A DNA stretch of 31,800 bases from Breznakia blatticola (lineage in GTDB: Bacteria > Bacillota_I > Bacilli_A > Erysipelotrichales > Erysipelotrichaceae). The stretch is from positions 1 to 31,800 of the forward strand of contig NZ_SODD01000028.1 in NCBI RefSeq assembly GCF_004365815.1, given 5' to 3'. Positions 9,109-16,623 of this stretch are shown one piece after another. The notes beneath the pieces are model-generated. The model saw nothing but the letters and a program-made list of their open reading frames with translations. It had not been told where the DNA came from and made no database searches. The first letter of the stretch is position 1. Each line of letters starts with the position of its first letter. The translations under genes and the position numbers were made by a program.

Positions 9109-9690
9109 TTATTTTGTGTTAAACTCATCAAATTCATACCCAATAGTTGAAAGCATAGTGTAAATTCTTGCACAAGGTACACCTAGAATGTTGTAGTATT
9201 CACCTTCAATGGATTTGATGAAACAACTTAGCATATGTTCAATAATATAACCGGTGGAGTGAATTAAGTTTGGTTCACTCTTAATATACAAATCAATATT
9301 TTTGTCGCTTATAGGGAAGAAGGTAACCTTAGTTTTTGCAACATCAGTTAAAATCGTTTGCGATCTTGAATCAATAATGCAAATACCAGTGTAGACTTCA
9401 TTTGTTCTTCCTGACATCTGTCTGAGTCGATTTCTAGCTTCTTCAGTATTTCTTGGTTTTTCAAATATTTGATTTTCAAAAACAACAAATGTATCTAGAC
9501 CGATAACAACTTCATCACTATTTGGATATATTGACTGAGCTTTGCCTGTTGCGTTGGCTATTGCGCGCTGTTCTGGATTTTCGATGTTCTTTACTTTAGC
9601 AAAGTCACCTTTGCGACACGTGTGATAAATATGCGCGTTTGTAAGTATTTCGCTTTTATGTTTTGCTGTGGTTGCTAATACGATTTTCAT
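9109..9690 (-). CDS. maf: Maf-like nucleoside-triphosphate pyrophosphatase, divergent paralog
   Basis: 193 aa. Maf core motifs are present: GLDTFVV and EKPRNTEEARNRLRQMSGRTNEVYTG. The N-terminal SxSPRR is replaced by TTAKHK, and the C-terminal DKAGAYGIQ region is degenerate (HSTGYIIEH). Confidence 0.7.
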   Translation of the reverse strand: MKIVLATTAKHKSEILTNAHIYHTCRKGDFAKVKNIENPEQRAIANATGKAQSIYPNSDEVVIGLDTFVVFENQIFEKPRNTEEARNRLRQMSGRTNEVYTGICIIDSRSQTILTDVAKTKVTFFPISDKNIDLYIKSEPNLIHSTGYIIEHMLSCFIKSIEGEYYNILGVPCARIYTMLSTIGYEFDEFNTK

Positions 9691-9696
9691 ATATGT

Positions 9697-9706
9697 AGTA
9701 TAACAT
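9697..9706 (-). promoter_or_regulatory. Extended -10 box (TGtTATACT) 6 nt upstream of the maf-like ATG; predicted leaderless
   Basis: The minus strand reads TGTTATACT-acatat-ATG. There is no SD. Confidence 0.4.
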
Positions 9707-9767
9707 AAAAAGTAGTTTTAGGATTTTTGTAATATATGTACTATAAGAAATTAAGGAGGTATGTTAT

Positions 9768-10586
9768 ATGGAACGAAAAACTCCATTTAAAAAAGAAATA
9801 AGTGGAATAGAAAATGAAAAAGAATTTGTTCGCGCTTTTCATAAGAAGAAAGTGAAACATCTACCAATACTATTATATGATCTTGTTGAAACGTTGTATG
9901 ATGATATACATGCTGACGATATTGTTTGCGCGTATCATATTAAAGAGAAGATGAAGCCAGATTTTTATATTGAAATTAGAGGTATTAAGAAATATATTAG
10001 TGTTAAAATGGGATTTAAAACATCTGTACATACAGAGAATGTATACGAGTTTATACGATTTTTACGTTCAATTGGTGTTTCATATTCGGCAACCGAAGCT
10101 TACTTACATTATCACTTTGCAGATGGCACAACAAATGGCAAAGGTGATGTTCGTTTAAGTGGGGAAGAGTATAAAACTTTATACCAACATGAAATAGATG
10201 AGATAAATCGCGCTTTCTCCAGGATTTCTAATATTGATAAAATTCTTGATCGTTTTATGTTTGTCGGTACTCAGTTCTCTTGTAAGGTTGATGCACTAAT
10301 TCTAGGTATCGTTGAAGATCACTGGTGGATTACGACAAAAGAAATAAAAGAACAAGTTCTTAGACAGATGAACAGAAAGACAACATGTCCTCGTATTGGG
10401 CCATTTTCTATACAACCTTTAAATCGATGTTTGAATAAAAATCCTAAGTATGAAAAGGCACGGTATCATGTACAACTAAAGTGGTATCAAATTTCCGATG
10501 ATATATTACGCGCTATGGTCATTCGAGATCTAGAGACGCCCAGGGATGAAAAAAAGTTATTAGAAGAATCTTTGCCTAAGTGTTAA
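9768..10586 (+). CDS. Hypothetical protein; possible PD-(D/E)XK-type (restriction-endonuclease-like) nuclease
   Basis: 272 aa with a strong RBS (AAGGAGG). The candidate catalytic segment is KPDFYIEIRGIKKYISVK (D...S-x-K variant). The C-terminal QLKW segment and overall layout resemble small monomeric type II endonucleases, from my recollection only. No methyltransferase is nearby. Confidence 0.55.
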   Translation: MERKTPFKKEISGIENEKEFVRAFHKKKVKHLPILLYDLVETLYDDIHADDIVCAYHIKEKMKPDFYIEIRGIKKYISVKMGFKTSVHTENVYEFIRFLRSIGVSYSATEAYLHYHFADGTTNGKGDVRLSGEEYKTLYQHEIDEINRAFSRISNIDKILDRFMFVGTQFSCKVDALILGIVEDHWWITTKEIKEQVLRQMNRKTTCPRIGPFSIQPLNRCLNKNPKYEKARYHVQLKWYQISDDILRAMVIRDLETPRDEKKLLEESLPKC

Positions 10587-10689
10587 GACGAACTTCAGCA
10601 AAAATAATAATTGTGTAACTTTCATCCAAAGCTGACTCGTGAACATAAAAAAAGCACCCGTATAATTACAAGGTACTCGTTTCTTTAAA

Positions 10690-10763
10690 TGGAGCGGGTG
10701 ATGAGAATCGAACTCACGTAGTCAGCTTGGAAGGCTGAAGTTCTACCATTAAACTACACCCGC
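10690..10763 (-). tRNA. tRNA-Gly (anticodon UCC)
   Basis: Cloverleaf folded by hand. Anticodon loop CUUCCAA, GTTCGATTC T-loop, encoded CCA. Confidence 0.95.
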
Positions 10764-10766
10764 AGA

Positions 10767-10842
10767 TGGTGACCCCTGGGCGATTCGAACGCCCGACCCT
10801 TTGATTAAAAGTCAAATGCTCTACCAACTGAGCTAAGGGGTC
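10767..10842 (-). tRNA. tRNA-Lys (anticodon UUU)
   Basis: Anticodon loop CUUUUAA, acceptor GACCCCT/AGGGGTC, encoded CCA. Confidence 0.95.
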
Positions 10843-10858
10843 ATAAGTGATTTAAAAT

Positions 10859-10934
10859 TGGCTGGGGTAACTGGATTCGAACCAGTGCAATGCCAGAGTC
10901 AAAGTCTGGTGCCTTACCGCTTGGCTATACCCCA
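10859..10934 (-). tRNA. tRNA-Gln (anticodon UUG)
   Basis: Anticodon loop CUUUGAC. The U1-A72 acceptor pair is typical of bacterial tRNA-Gln. Encoded CCA. Confidence 0.95.
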
Positions 10935-10954
10935 AGAAGTCAAACCAAAGATAA

Positions 10955-11038
10955 TGGTGGAGGGGGGCAGATTCGAACTGCCGAACCCTAAGGAACTGAG
11001 TTACAGTCAGCCGCGTTTAGCCACTTCGCTACCCCTCC
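10955..11038 (-). tRNA. tRNA-Tyr (anticodon GUA), long variable arm
   Basis: Anticodon loop CUGUAAC, class II variable arm, encoded CCA. Confidence 0.95.
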
Positions 11039-11047
11039 ATAAAAAAA

Positions 11048-11124
<77 letters not shown>

Positions 11125-11131
11125 ATAAAAA

Positions 11132-11207
11132 TGGTGGAGGTTAACGGGCTCGAACCGCTGACCCTCTGCTTGTAAGGCAGATGCTCTCCCAACTGAGCTA
11201 AACCTCC
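11132..11207 (-). tRNA. tRNA-Val (anticodon UAC)
   Basis: Anticodon loop CUUACAA, acceptor GGAGGTT/AACCTCC, encoded CCA. Confidence 0.95.
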
Positions 11208-11247
11208 ATTTTACTGCATCTGCCTAAGCAGTTCACAGTGCTTTTAT

Positions 11248-11276
11248 ATGTTATCATTTGTGCTTTGCAGTGTCAA
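11248..11276 (-). promoter_or_regulatory. Promoter of the six-tRNA operon
   Basis: On the minus strand: TTGACA (11276-11271), a 17-bp spacer, then TGaTAACAT (-10 at 11253-11248). Confidence 0.65.
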
Positions 11277-11280
11277 TAGA

Positions 11281-11310
11281 TTTTTTTCAACTTTTTCAAC
11301 TTTTTTCAAA
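11281..11310 (-). repeat. Three phased A-tracts (minus-strand GAAAAAAGTT-GAAAAAGTT-GAAAAAAA) directly upstream of the tRNA promoter -35; UP-element-like
   Basis: T7CAAC-T5CAAC-T6CAAA on the plus strand. The tracts start at 11281, 11292 and 11301. Confidence 0.55.
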
Positions 11311-11393
11311 GCACTGTCGGGTCAGCCGTGTAAGCTCATACCTTGCTGATTACCGCCTATTCATAATAACCGAAACAAAACAAAAAGGCAATG

Positions 11394-11429
11394 AAAAAAA
11401 GCAAAAAAATACAAAAAAATTTTAAAAAA
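11394..11429. repeat. Four helically phased A-tracts (A7, A7, A7, A6); predicted intrinsically bent DNA
   Basis: The tracts start at 11394, 11403, 11413 and 11424, giving spacings of 9, 10 and 11 bp. Confidence 0.55.
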
Positions 11430-11641
11430 TTTCAAATCGCTTATTTTTTTATGAAATATGATTAAAATCTCTTTTCCTTATATAATGTAATACCTGATAT
11501 TTCTCTAATTATTTAAAAAATCTATTTTCTTTTTTCGATATGTTGTGAAAAAATATGAATGAATTATGGTATTCACGAGTTATTCATAAACAAGCGTGAA
11601 TTAGTGTGATATACTATAAACAAATATTTTTGGAGGTTCAT

Positions 11642-12070
11642 ATGAATGTTTTTAACACAGATAATTTAAGAAATAAGCAAAGATTTCCTGTGGCTATGAT
11701 TTATGGGATTATTTGTTCAATAATATGTGCAATACTTATTGCAGCATTTTATCAAGTTTTTCATGGTTGGTATTACTCACTTATATATGTTGGTGCTGCA
11801 TTAGCAATTGGTAATGTAATAAAGTACATGGGAAGAGGAATTGATATCAAGTTTTCTATTTTAGCTGTTCTATGTTTTATCCTTTGTTTGGGATTAGCTG
11901 AGTTTTTCCGTTATGCATTTATGTTGCAAACTATTTCGTTTCAACTGTTTACATACAGTCTTACGGAATTCTTTGGAAATTTATTCACAGCAGATCCATA
12001 CAATATAGTTCGCATAATTATCATTGCGTATTCTGGATATGTTGCATACTACACTGCAAAAATAGTATAG
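11642..12070 (+). CDS. Hypothetical integral membrane protein (142 aa)
   Basis: Four hydrophobic segments. The start is set at ATG 11642, after GGAGG and a 6-nt spacer. An extended -10 (TGATATACT) lies upstream, inside the ORF-track N-terminal extension. Confidence 0.6.
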   Translation: MNVFNTDNLRNKQRFPVAMIYGIICSIICAILIAAFYQVFHGWYYSLIYVGAALAIGNVIKYMGRGIDIKFSILAVLCFILCLGLAEFFRYAFMLQTISFQLFTYSLTEFFGNLFTADPYNIVRIIIIAYSGYVAYYTAKIV

Positions 12071-12079
12071 GTGTAATTT

Positions 12080-13174
12080 ATGAAATATCGTCAGACATAC
12101 GCAGTAATTCATTTGGATAACTTAGTATTTAACTATAATCTTATTAAAAAACATTCAAATAAGAATGTTTTTTGCGTTTGTAAAGCGGATGCATATTCAC
12201 ATGGTGATATTGAAGTAGCGAATACATTTCTCGAATGTGGAGCAGACTACATTTGTGTGTCATCAATTGATGAGGCAAAATCATTACGATTGCAAGGGTA
12301 TAAAGGTTCTCTGTTGATTCTTGGCTATGTAGATGCTTCTTGCGTGAATTATGCGATTGATAATGATATAACATTAAGTGTTTTCTCATTAGAATGGTTA
12401 GAAACAGTGGTTGCCTCATTTGATGCATCAAAGTTGAAAATACATTTAAAAATTGACACGGGTATGAATCGTATAGGAATGAAGAACTTAAGTGAAGTTA
12501 AAGATGTAATGAGTTTCTTAAAAAAACATAAAATAGAAGTAGAAGGTATTTTTACACATTTTCATAGCACAGATAAAACATCTTGTGACAAGCAAGTTAA
12601 ATGGTTTTATGCTATCGTAGATTCATTAAACTATGACTTTAAATGGATTCATACATCTAATTCAGCAGGTACTTTAGGATATGATGATCCACGTAGTAAT
12701 GCAGTTCGCCCTGGCATTGCATTATATGGAATTGATGTGGTTGATTCTCAAATTGGTTTAAAACCAGCTTTTTCGCTTTATTCTCAAGTTAGTTATTGTA
12801 AGAAAATTACTGCAGGTGAGAGTGTTAGTTATGATGCGACGTACAAAGCAGTGAAAGATATGTACATTCTAACTTTACCAATTGGATATGGTGATGGTTT
12901 TCTTAGAAAAAATACCGGACGTTTTGTTGGTATTGATGGACATCCATACGAAATTGTTGGGTCCGTTTGTATGGATCAAATGATGATTCGTGCAGATAAG
13001 GAGTTTCCAGTGGGGACTGAGGTGGAAATCATTGGGGAATGCATTCCATTAATTAAAATGGCAAACGAATTAGGAATGTCACCATATGAGGTTTTGTGTT
13101 TATTCAACACGAGAATTATGAAGAAATATAAAAAAAATGGAGAAATTATTAAAGATGTACATGAACGTTTGTGA
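12080..13174 (+). CDS. alr: Alanine racemase
   Basis: 364 aa. PLP-lysine motif VCKADAYSHG, DTGMNRIG, and C-terminal SVCMDQMM. Confidence 0.92.
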   Translation: MKYRQTYAVIHLDNLVFNYNLIKKHSNKNVFCVCKADAYSHGDIEVANTFLECGADYICVSSIDEAKSLRLQGYKGSLLILGYVDASCVNYAIDNDITLSVFSLEWLETVVASFDASKLKIHLKIDTGMNRIGMKNLSEVKDVMSFLKKHKIEVEGIFTHFHSTDKTSCDKQVKWFYAIVDSLNYDFKWIHTSNSAGTLGYDDPRSNAVRPGIALYGIDVVDSQIGLKPAFSLYSQVSYCKKITAGESVSYDATYKAVKDMYILTLPIGYGDGFLRKNTGRFVGIDGHPYEIVGSVCMDQMMIRADKEFPVGTEVEIIGECIPLIKMANELGMSPYEVLCLFNTRIMKKYKKNGEIIKDVHERL

Positions 13175-13233
13175 AAATGAGTCGCATTAAACATCTAAAG
13201 TAGTTATAATGGTTTATAGAAGAGAGGTCATTA

Positions 13234-14412
13234 ATGAAACAATACTTTAAGGAGAATAAAAACACACTGTTTGTTGCAGTTGTCATCATTGTGCTTTTAG
13301 CAATTGTCTTGCGAATGAACGAAATCGTAAGTTTCGTTCTAACAATGCTTGAAGTGTTTAATCCGTTTTTCATCGCAATTGGTATTGCATTTATCTTGAA
13401 TATTCCAATGAAAGCTATTGAGAATGGATTATCAAAGATTTCTAGAAACAATAAAATAGTAAAGAAGTTCTTGCGACCTTTATCTATTATTTTGACGTTA
13501 CTATTTGCAGTAGTCATTCTTTGGTTGCTAATGATTATCATTTTACCAAGAGTAGCTGAAAGTGTTGTTTACGTTTTTAATAACTTTAGTACAATCGTCA
13601 ATAACTCGATAAAATCTGTTGATGATATTCTAAATGATTTACATTTAGGATATAAACTACAAGATATCCCATATATAAAAGAAATTCAAAACATTTCCAA
13701 GGATCAAGAACTGTTTAAACATGTAATTACATTCTTTGGAAGTATTACTCAAGGTGTAGTGAAAAATGCAGTCGAGTTCACAAATACATTTTTCTCATAT
13801 TTCTTAGCATTCTGCTTAAGCATCTACTTGCTTGCTGGAAAAGAAACTTTGATTTATCAAACAAAAAAAGTGATAGTTGCACTTTTTCCAAAGAATATTA
13901 GTACATTTGTATTTGAAACTGGCTCAAAAGCCAATGTGATCTTTAAAAATTTCGTTGGAGGTCAATTAGTTGATTGTATTATTAAGGGAGTCATGTTTTA
14001 TATCGTATTCCAATTTCTAGATTACCGTTTTACTGAATTAATGGCGACAATTATTGCAGTATGTAGTATTGTACCTGTATTTGGACCGATATTTGCTATG
14101 CTTATTTGCTTTGTTCTTATATTCTCATATAATCCAATCAATGCATTATGGTTCATCATCATTTTCCAAGTATTATCGAACTTTGAAGGACAAGTAATAT
14201 ATCCAAAAATTGTCGGGAAAACAATTGGATTACCTGGGATTTGGGTACTGTTATCGATTTTTATTCTTGGCGGGAAATTTGGAATAGCAGGAATGTTACT
14301 AGCAGTTCCTATCACAGCACTTGCTTATGAGTTATTTGTGGAATACATTAATTCAAGATTGAAGAAAAAGAAAATCAATTACGATTTAGTTGAAGAAAAG
14401 GGAGAGGATTAA
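13234..14412 (+). CDS. AI-2E family transporter (PerM/UPF0118)
   Basis: 392 aa, multi-TM. The family-typical C-terminal segment is QVIYPKIVGKTIGLPGIWVLLSI. Confidence 0.85.
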   Translation: MKQYFKENKNTLFVAVVIIVLLAIVLRMNEIVSFVLTMLEVFNPFFIAIGIAFILNIPMKAIENGLSKISRNNKIVKKFLRPLSIILTLLFAVVILWLLMIIILPRVAESVVYVFNNFSTIVNNSIKSVDDILNDLHLGYKLQDIPYIKEIQNISKDQELFKHVITFFGSITQGVVKNAVEFTNTFFSYFLAFCLSIYLLAGKETLIYQTKKVIVALFPKNISTFVFETGSKANVIFKNFVGGQLVDCIIKGVMFYIVFQFLDYRFTELMATIIAVCSIVPVFGPIFAMLICFVLIFSYNPINALWFIIIFQVLSNFEGQVIYPKIVGKTIGLPGIWVLLSIFILGGKFGIAGMLLAVPITALAYELFVEYINSRLKKKKINYDLVEEKGED

Positions 14413-14413
14413 C

Positions 14414-15004
14414 ATGAAAAAAATAATAGGAATCTTACTTTGCTTCGGGTTTTTGATCAGTGGATTAAGTGCATGTGGAAAAGATGAGAATAAAAACAAA
14501 TCTCAAAATGTTTGTGGAATTGATTGTGAGAAAGCTGATGTAAGTGATTATGAAGCATTTGATGATAAGGACCATGTGTTTTTAAAAGTGAATATGAATC
14601 AAGCAAACGAATTTCTTGAAAATAAAGAGTTTACTGGTGTGATTTATTACGGATTTCCTACATGTCCTTGGTGTATTGAAGTATTACCAGTATTAAATGA
14701 TGTTGCGAAAAGCGAGGATATGAATGTGTATTATGTTGACCGTGAAGATGATGAAAATAAAGCGCATCCTGAATGGAGAGAAAAAGCAACAAAAATTCTA
14801 GATAATGCATATGGACTAGAAACGAATGAAGAAGGAGAACCAAACCTTTTTGTTCCTGAAGTTGTTTTTGTAAAAGAAGGTAAAATTGTTGGTCATCATA
14901 TGGGAACAAATGAAGATCATGATGCAACTGAGAGAAAAATGACTGAGCCAGAAAAGAAAGAATTACAAACAGTATATGAAAAATTGTTTGCTAAGATTAA
15001 ATAA
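14414..15004 (+). CDS. Thioredoxin-fold lipoprotein (CPWC active site)
   Basis: Signal peptide with lipobox LSAC. YYGFPTCPWCIEVLPVLN carries a CxxC motif in thioredoxin context. The start is set at ATG 14414, after GGGAGAGG. Confidence 0.75.
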   Translation: MKKIIGILLCFGFLISGLSACGKDENKNKSQNVCGIDCEKADVSDYEAFDDKDHVFLKVNMNQANEFLENKEFTGVIYYGFPTCPWCIEVLPVLNDVAKSEDMNVYYVDREDDENKAHPEWREKATKILDNAYGLETNEEGEPNLFVPEVVFVKEGKIVGHHMGTNEDHDATERKMTEPEKKELQTVYEKLFAKIK

Positions 15005-15561
15005 TGAAAATTATACTTGTTTTACTGAGTTTATTACTTCCAGTCCAAAATCTGAATAGAGAAAAAGTTACACTTGATCATTGTATTGATGGAGATACAG
15101 CTTCTGTGATTGTGAATGGAAAGAAAAAAAGTGTTCGATTTTTAGCGATTGATGCACCAGAATACACAAAAGAAATCGAAGCATATGGAAAAGAATCAAC
15201 GGATTTTGTGTGTGATTCTTTGATAAATGCAAGTACAATTGAATTGGAATATGATGGTGCAAGAGAAGATAAATATGGTCGTTTACTTGCTTGGATTTTT
15301 GTAGATGATGAATTACTACAATATCAGATTGTACGAAATGGTCTAGCAGAAGTAGCCTATATTTATGATGATTATCGATATGTCGAAGAACTATACACAG
15401 CACAAGATAAAGCGAAAAACGAAGGATTAAATATATGGAGTGATACCGAATATAACACTTCAAAATTTGATTTAAACTATATTTTTGCAGTAGTTGTAGC
15501 ATTGGGATTGAGTTTACTTCGTTATGCAATGAAAAGACAAAGTAAAAAGCGATTCCGTTAA
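15004..15561 (+). CDS. nuc: Thermonuclease (SNase/micrococcal nuclease family), secreted with a C-terminal membrane anchor
   Basis: IDGDTA, VRFLAIDAPE and DKYGRLLAWIF motifs. N-terminal signal-like segment and a C-terminal hydrophobic helix followed by KRQSKKRFR. TAATG overlap with the upstream gene. Confidence 0.85.
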   Translation: MKIILVLLSLLLPVQNLNREKVTLDHCIDGDTASVIVNGKKKSVRFLAIDAPEYTKEIEAYGKESTDFVCDSLINASTIELEYDGAREDKYGRLLAWIFVDDELLQYQIVRNGLAEVAYIYDDYRYVEELYTAQDKAKNEGLNIWSDTEYNTSKFDLNYIFAVVVALGLSLLRYAMKRQSKKRFR

Positions 15562-15578
15562 GAATCGCTTTTCTTTTT
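15546..15578 (+). terminator. Intrinsic terminator of the lipoprotein-nuclease operon
   Basis: AAAGCGATTC/GAATCGCTTT 10-bp stem with the stop codon in the loop, then a T-rich tail. Confidence 0.75.
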
Positions 15579-15612
15579 CCTACCGCTTATTCCGATAGTA
15601 CTTTGCTCAGGG

Positions 15613-15662
15613 TGTAAAGTGAAGTAGGAAGATAGGAAAGGGATATTTAACTTCACTTTACA
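15613..15662 (+). other. Perfect 13-bp inverted repeat with a 24-nt purine-rich loop (AGGAAGATAGGAAAGGGATATTTA)
   Basis: TGTAAAGTGAAGT (15613-15625) pairs with ACTTCACTTTACA (15650-15662). No T-run follows, so it is not a canonical terminator. Confidence 0.6.
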
Positions 15663-15669
15663 AGTATAT

Positions 15670-15687
15670 GATATGTTAGATATGTTG
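15670..15687 (+). repeat. Tandem 9-mer GATATGTTA-GATATGTTG abutting a TTGAAC -35-like hexamer
   Basis: Direct reading of the sequence. This may be a regulator binding site, and the function is unknown. Confidence 0.35.
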
Positions 15688-15759
15688 AACTGTCAAGGAT
15701 AGTACAAGTTTATATAAGCATAATATAAAGAACGAAATTTTTATATGGAGGAGAATAAA

Positions 15760-16623
15760 ATGAGATTAGAAAATAAAGAAATTATATTAGATTTAACTGA
15801 AAAAGGTGGAGAAATGACAGCATTGACCTTAAAGTCAAACAATGTTCAATATTTGTGGCAAGGTGATGATACTTTTTGGGCAGGTAAGAACCCAAGTTTA
15901 TTTCCACAAGTAGGCAATACATATACAAACACGTATGAAATCGATGGAAGAATCTATGCGATGAAAAATCATGGTTTTATTAGAAACTCTGAATTAACAT
16001 GCATATCATCAAATGAAAACTCAGCCACTTTTCAATTAGTAGCAAACAAAGATACGTTAGATGTGTATCCTTTTGATTTTGACTATCGTATTACATATTC
16101 TATTGATGGAGCAAAGGTAAAGATTTCTTACGATATTACGAATACCAGTGAAACCGAAATGCCATTTGGATTCGGCCTTCATCCTGGGTTTAATTGTCCT
16201 TTAGAGCAAGGAGAGTCATTTTCTGATTATTCTATTGTATTTGATCAAGAGGAGCAACTAGAACAAGTTCATTTTGATCAAAAAAAGGAAAAGCCGCATT
16301 ATTCAACACAACTAACAATGAAGGAATTACCCTTGAGCTATAAAACAATAATGGACGCAGCAACATTGATTTACAAAGGTATGAAATCACAGTATGTCAC
16401 TTTGAAAGGACCCAAACATGCAGTTCGTTTATCAATCCAGCCGTTTCCACTATTTGCTGTATGGACATCTAGTGAAAATGCACCTTTTGTATGTTTAGAA
16501 CCTTGGTATTCTCATGGAGATTTTGAAAAAGCAAACGTTCCGTTCGAAAAACGCGAAGGAACTATTATCTTGAAACCAGGTAGTACATTTCACACATCAT
16601 ATACTATTGAGGTTCTCTCATGA
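15760..16623 (+). CDS. Aldose 1-epimerase (galactose mutarotase-like, LacX-type) family protein
   Basis: GFGLHPGFN and CLEPW motifs. The start is set at ATG 15760, after GGAGGAG. Confidence 0.82.
   Translation: MRLENKEIILDLTEKGGEMTALTLKSNNVQYLWQGDDTFWAGKNPSLFPQVGNTYTNTYEIDGRIYAMKNHGFIRNSELTCISSNENSATFQLVANKDTLDVYPFDFDYRITYSIDGAKVKISYDITNTSETEMPFGFGLHPGFNCPLEQGESFSDYSIVFDQEEQLEQVHFDQKKEKPHYSTQLTMKELPLSYKTIMDAATLIYKGMKSQYVTLKGPKHAVRLSIQPFPLFAVWTSSENAPFVCLEPWYSHGDFEKANVPFEKREGTIILKPGSTFHTSYTIEVLS

Noticed and set aside
10626-10644. CCAAAGCTGACTCGTGAAC resembles the anticodon-stem-to-T-stem segment of the adjacent tRNA-Gly (CCAAGCTGACTACGTGAG) but in inverted orientation, about 45 bp beyond the tRNA 3' end
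   Set aside because: I considered it as an att-site or tRNA-fragment scar of an integrated element carrying the nuclease-like ORF. However, integration scars are direct repeats of the tRNA 3' end. This match is inverted, short (~19 nt), imperfect (two indels) and does not include the 3' acceptor end. No integrase is present. It is probably chance or a minor trailer pairing, but it is worth a BLASTN check.
11311-11357. GC-richer patch in the AT-rich spacer, considered as a fragment of an rRNA, tRNA or ncRNA gene
   Set aside because: I could not fold a cloverleaf or recognise any rRNA or known ncRNA signature. It is mentioned only within the A-tract finding, and a BLASTN search is needed.
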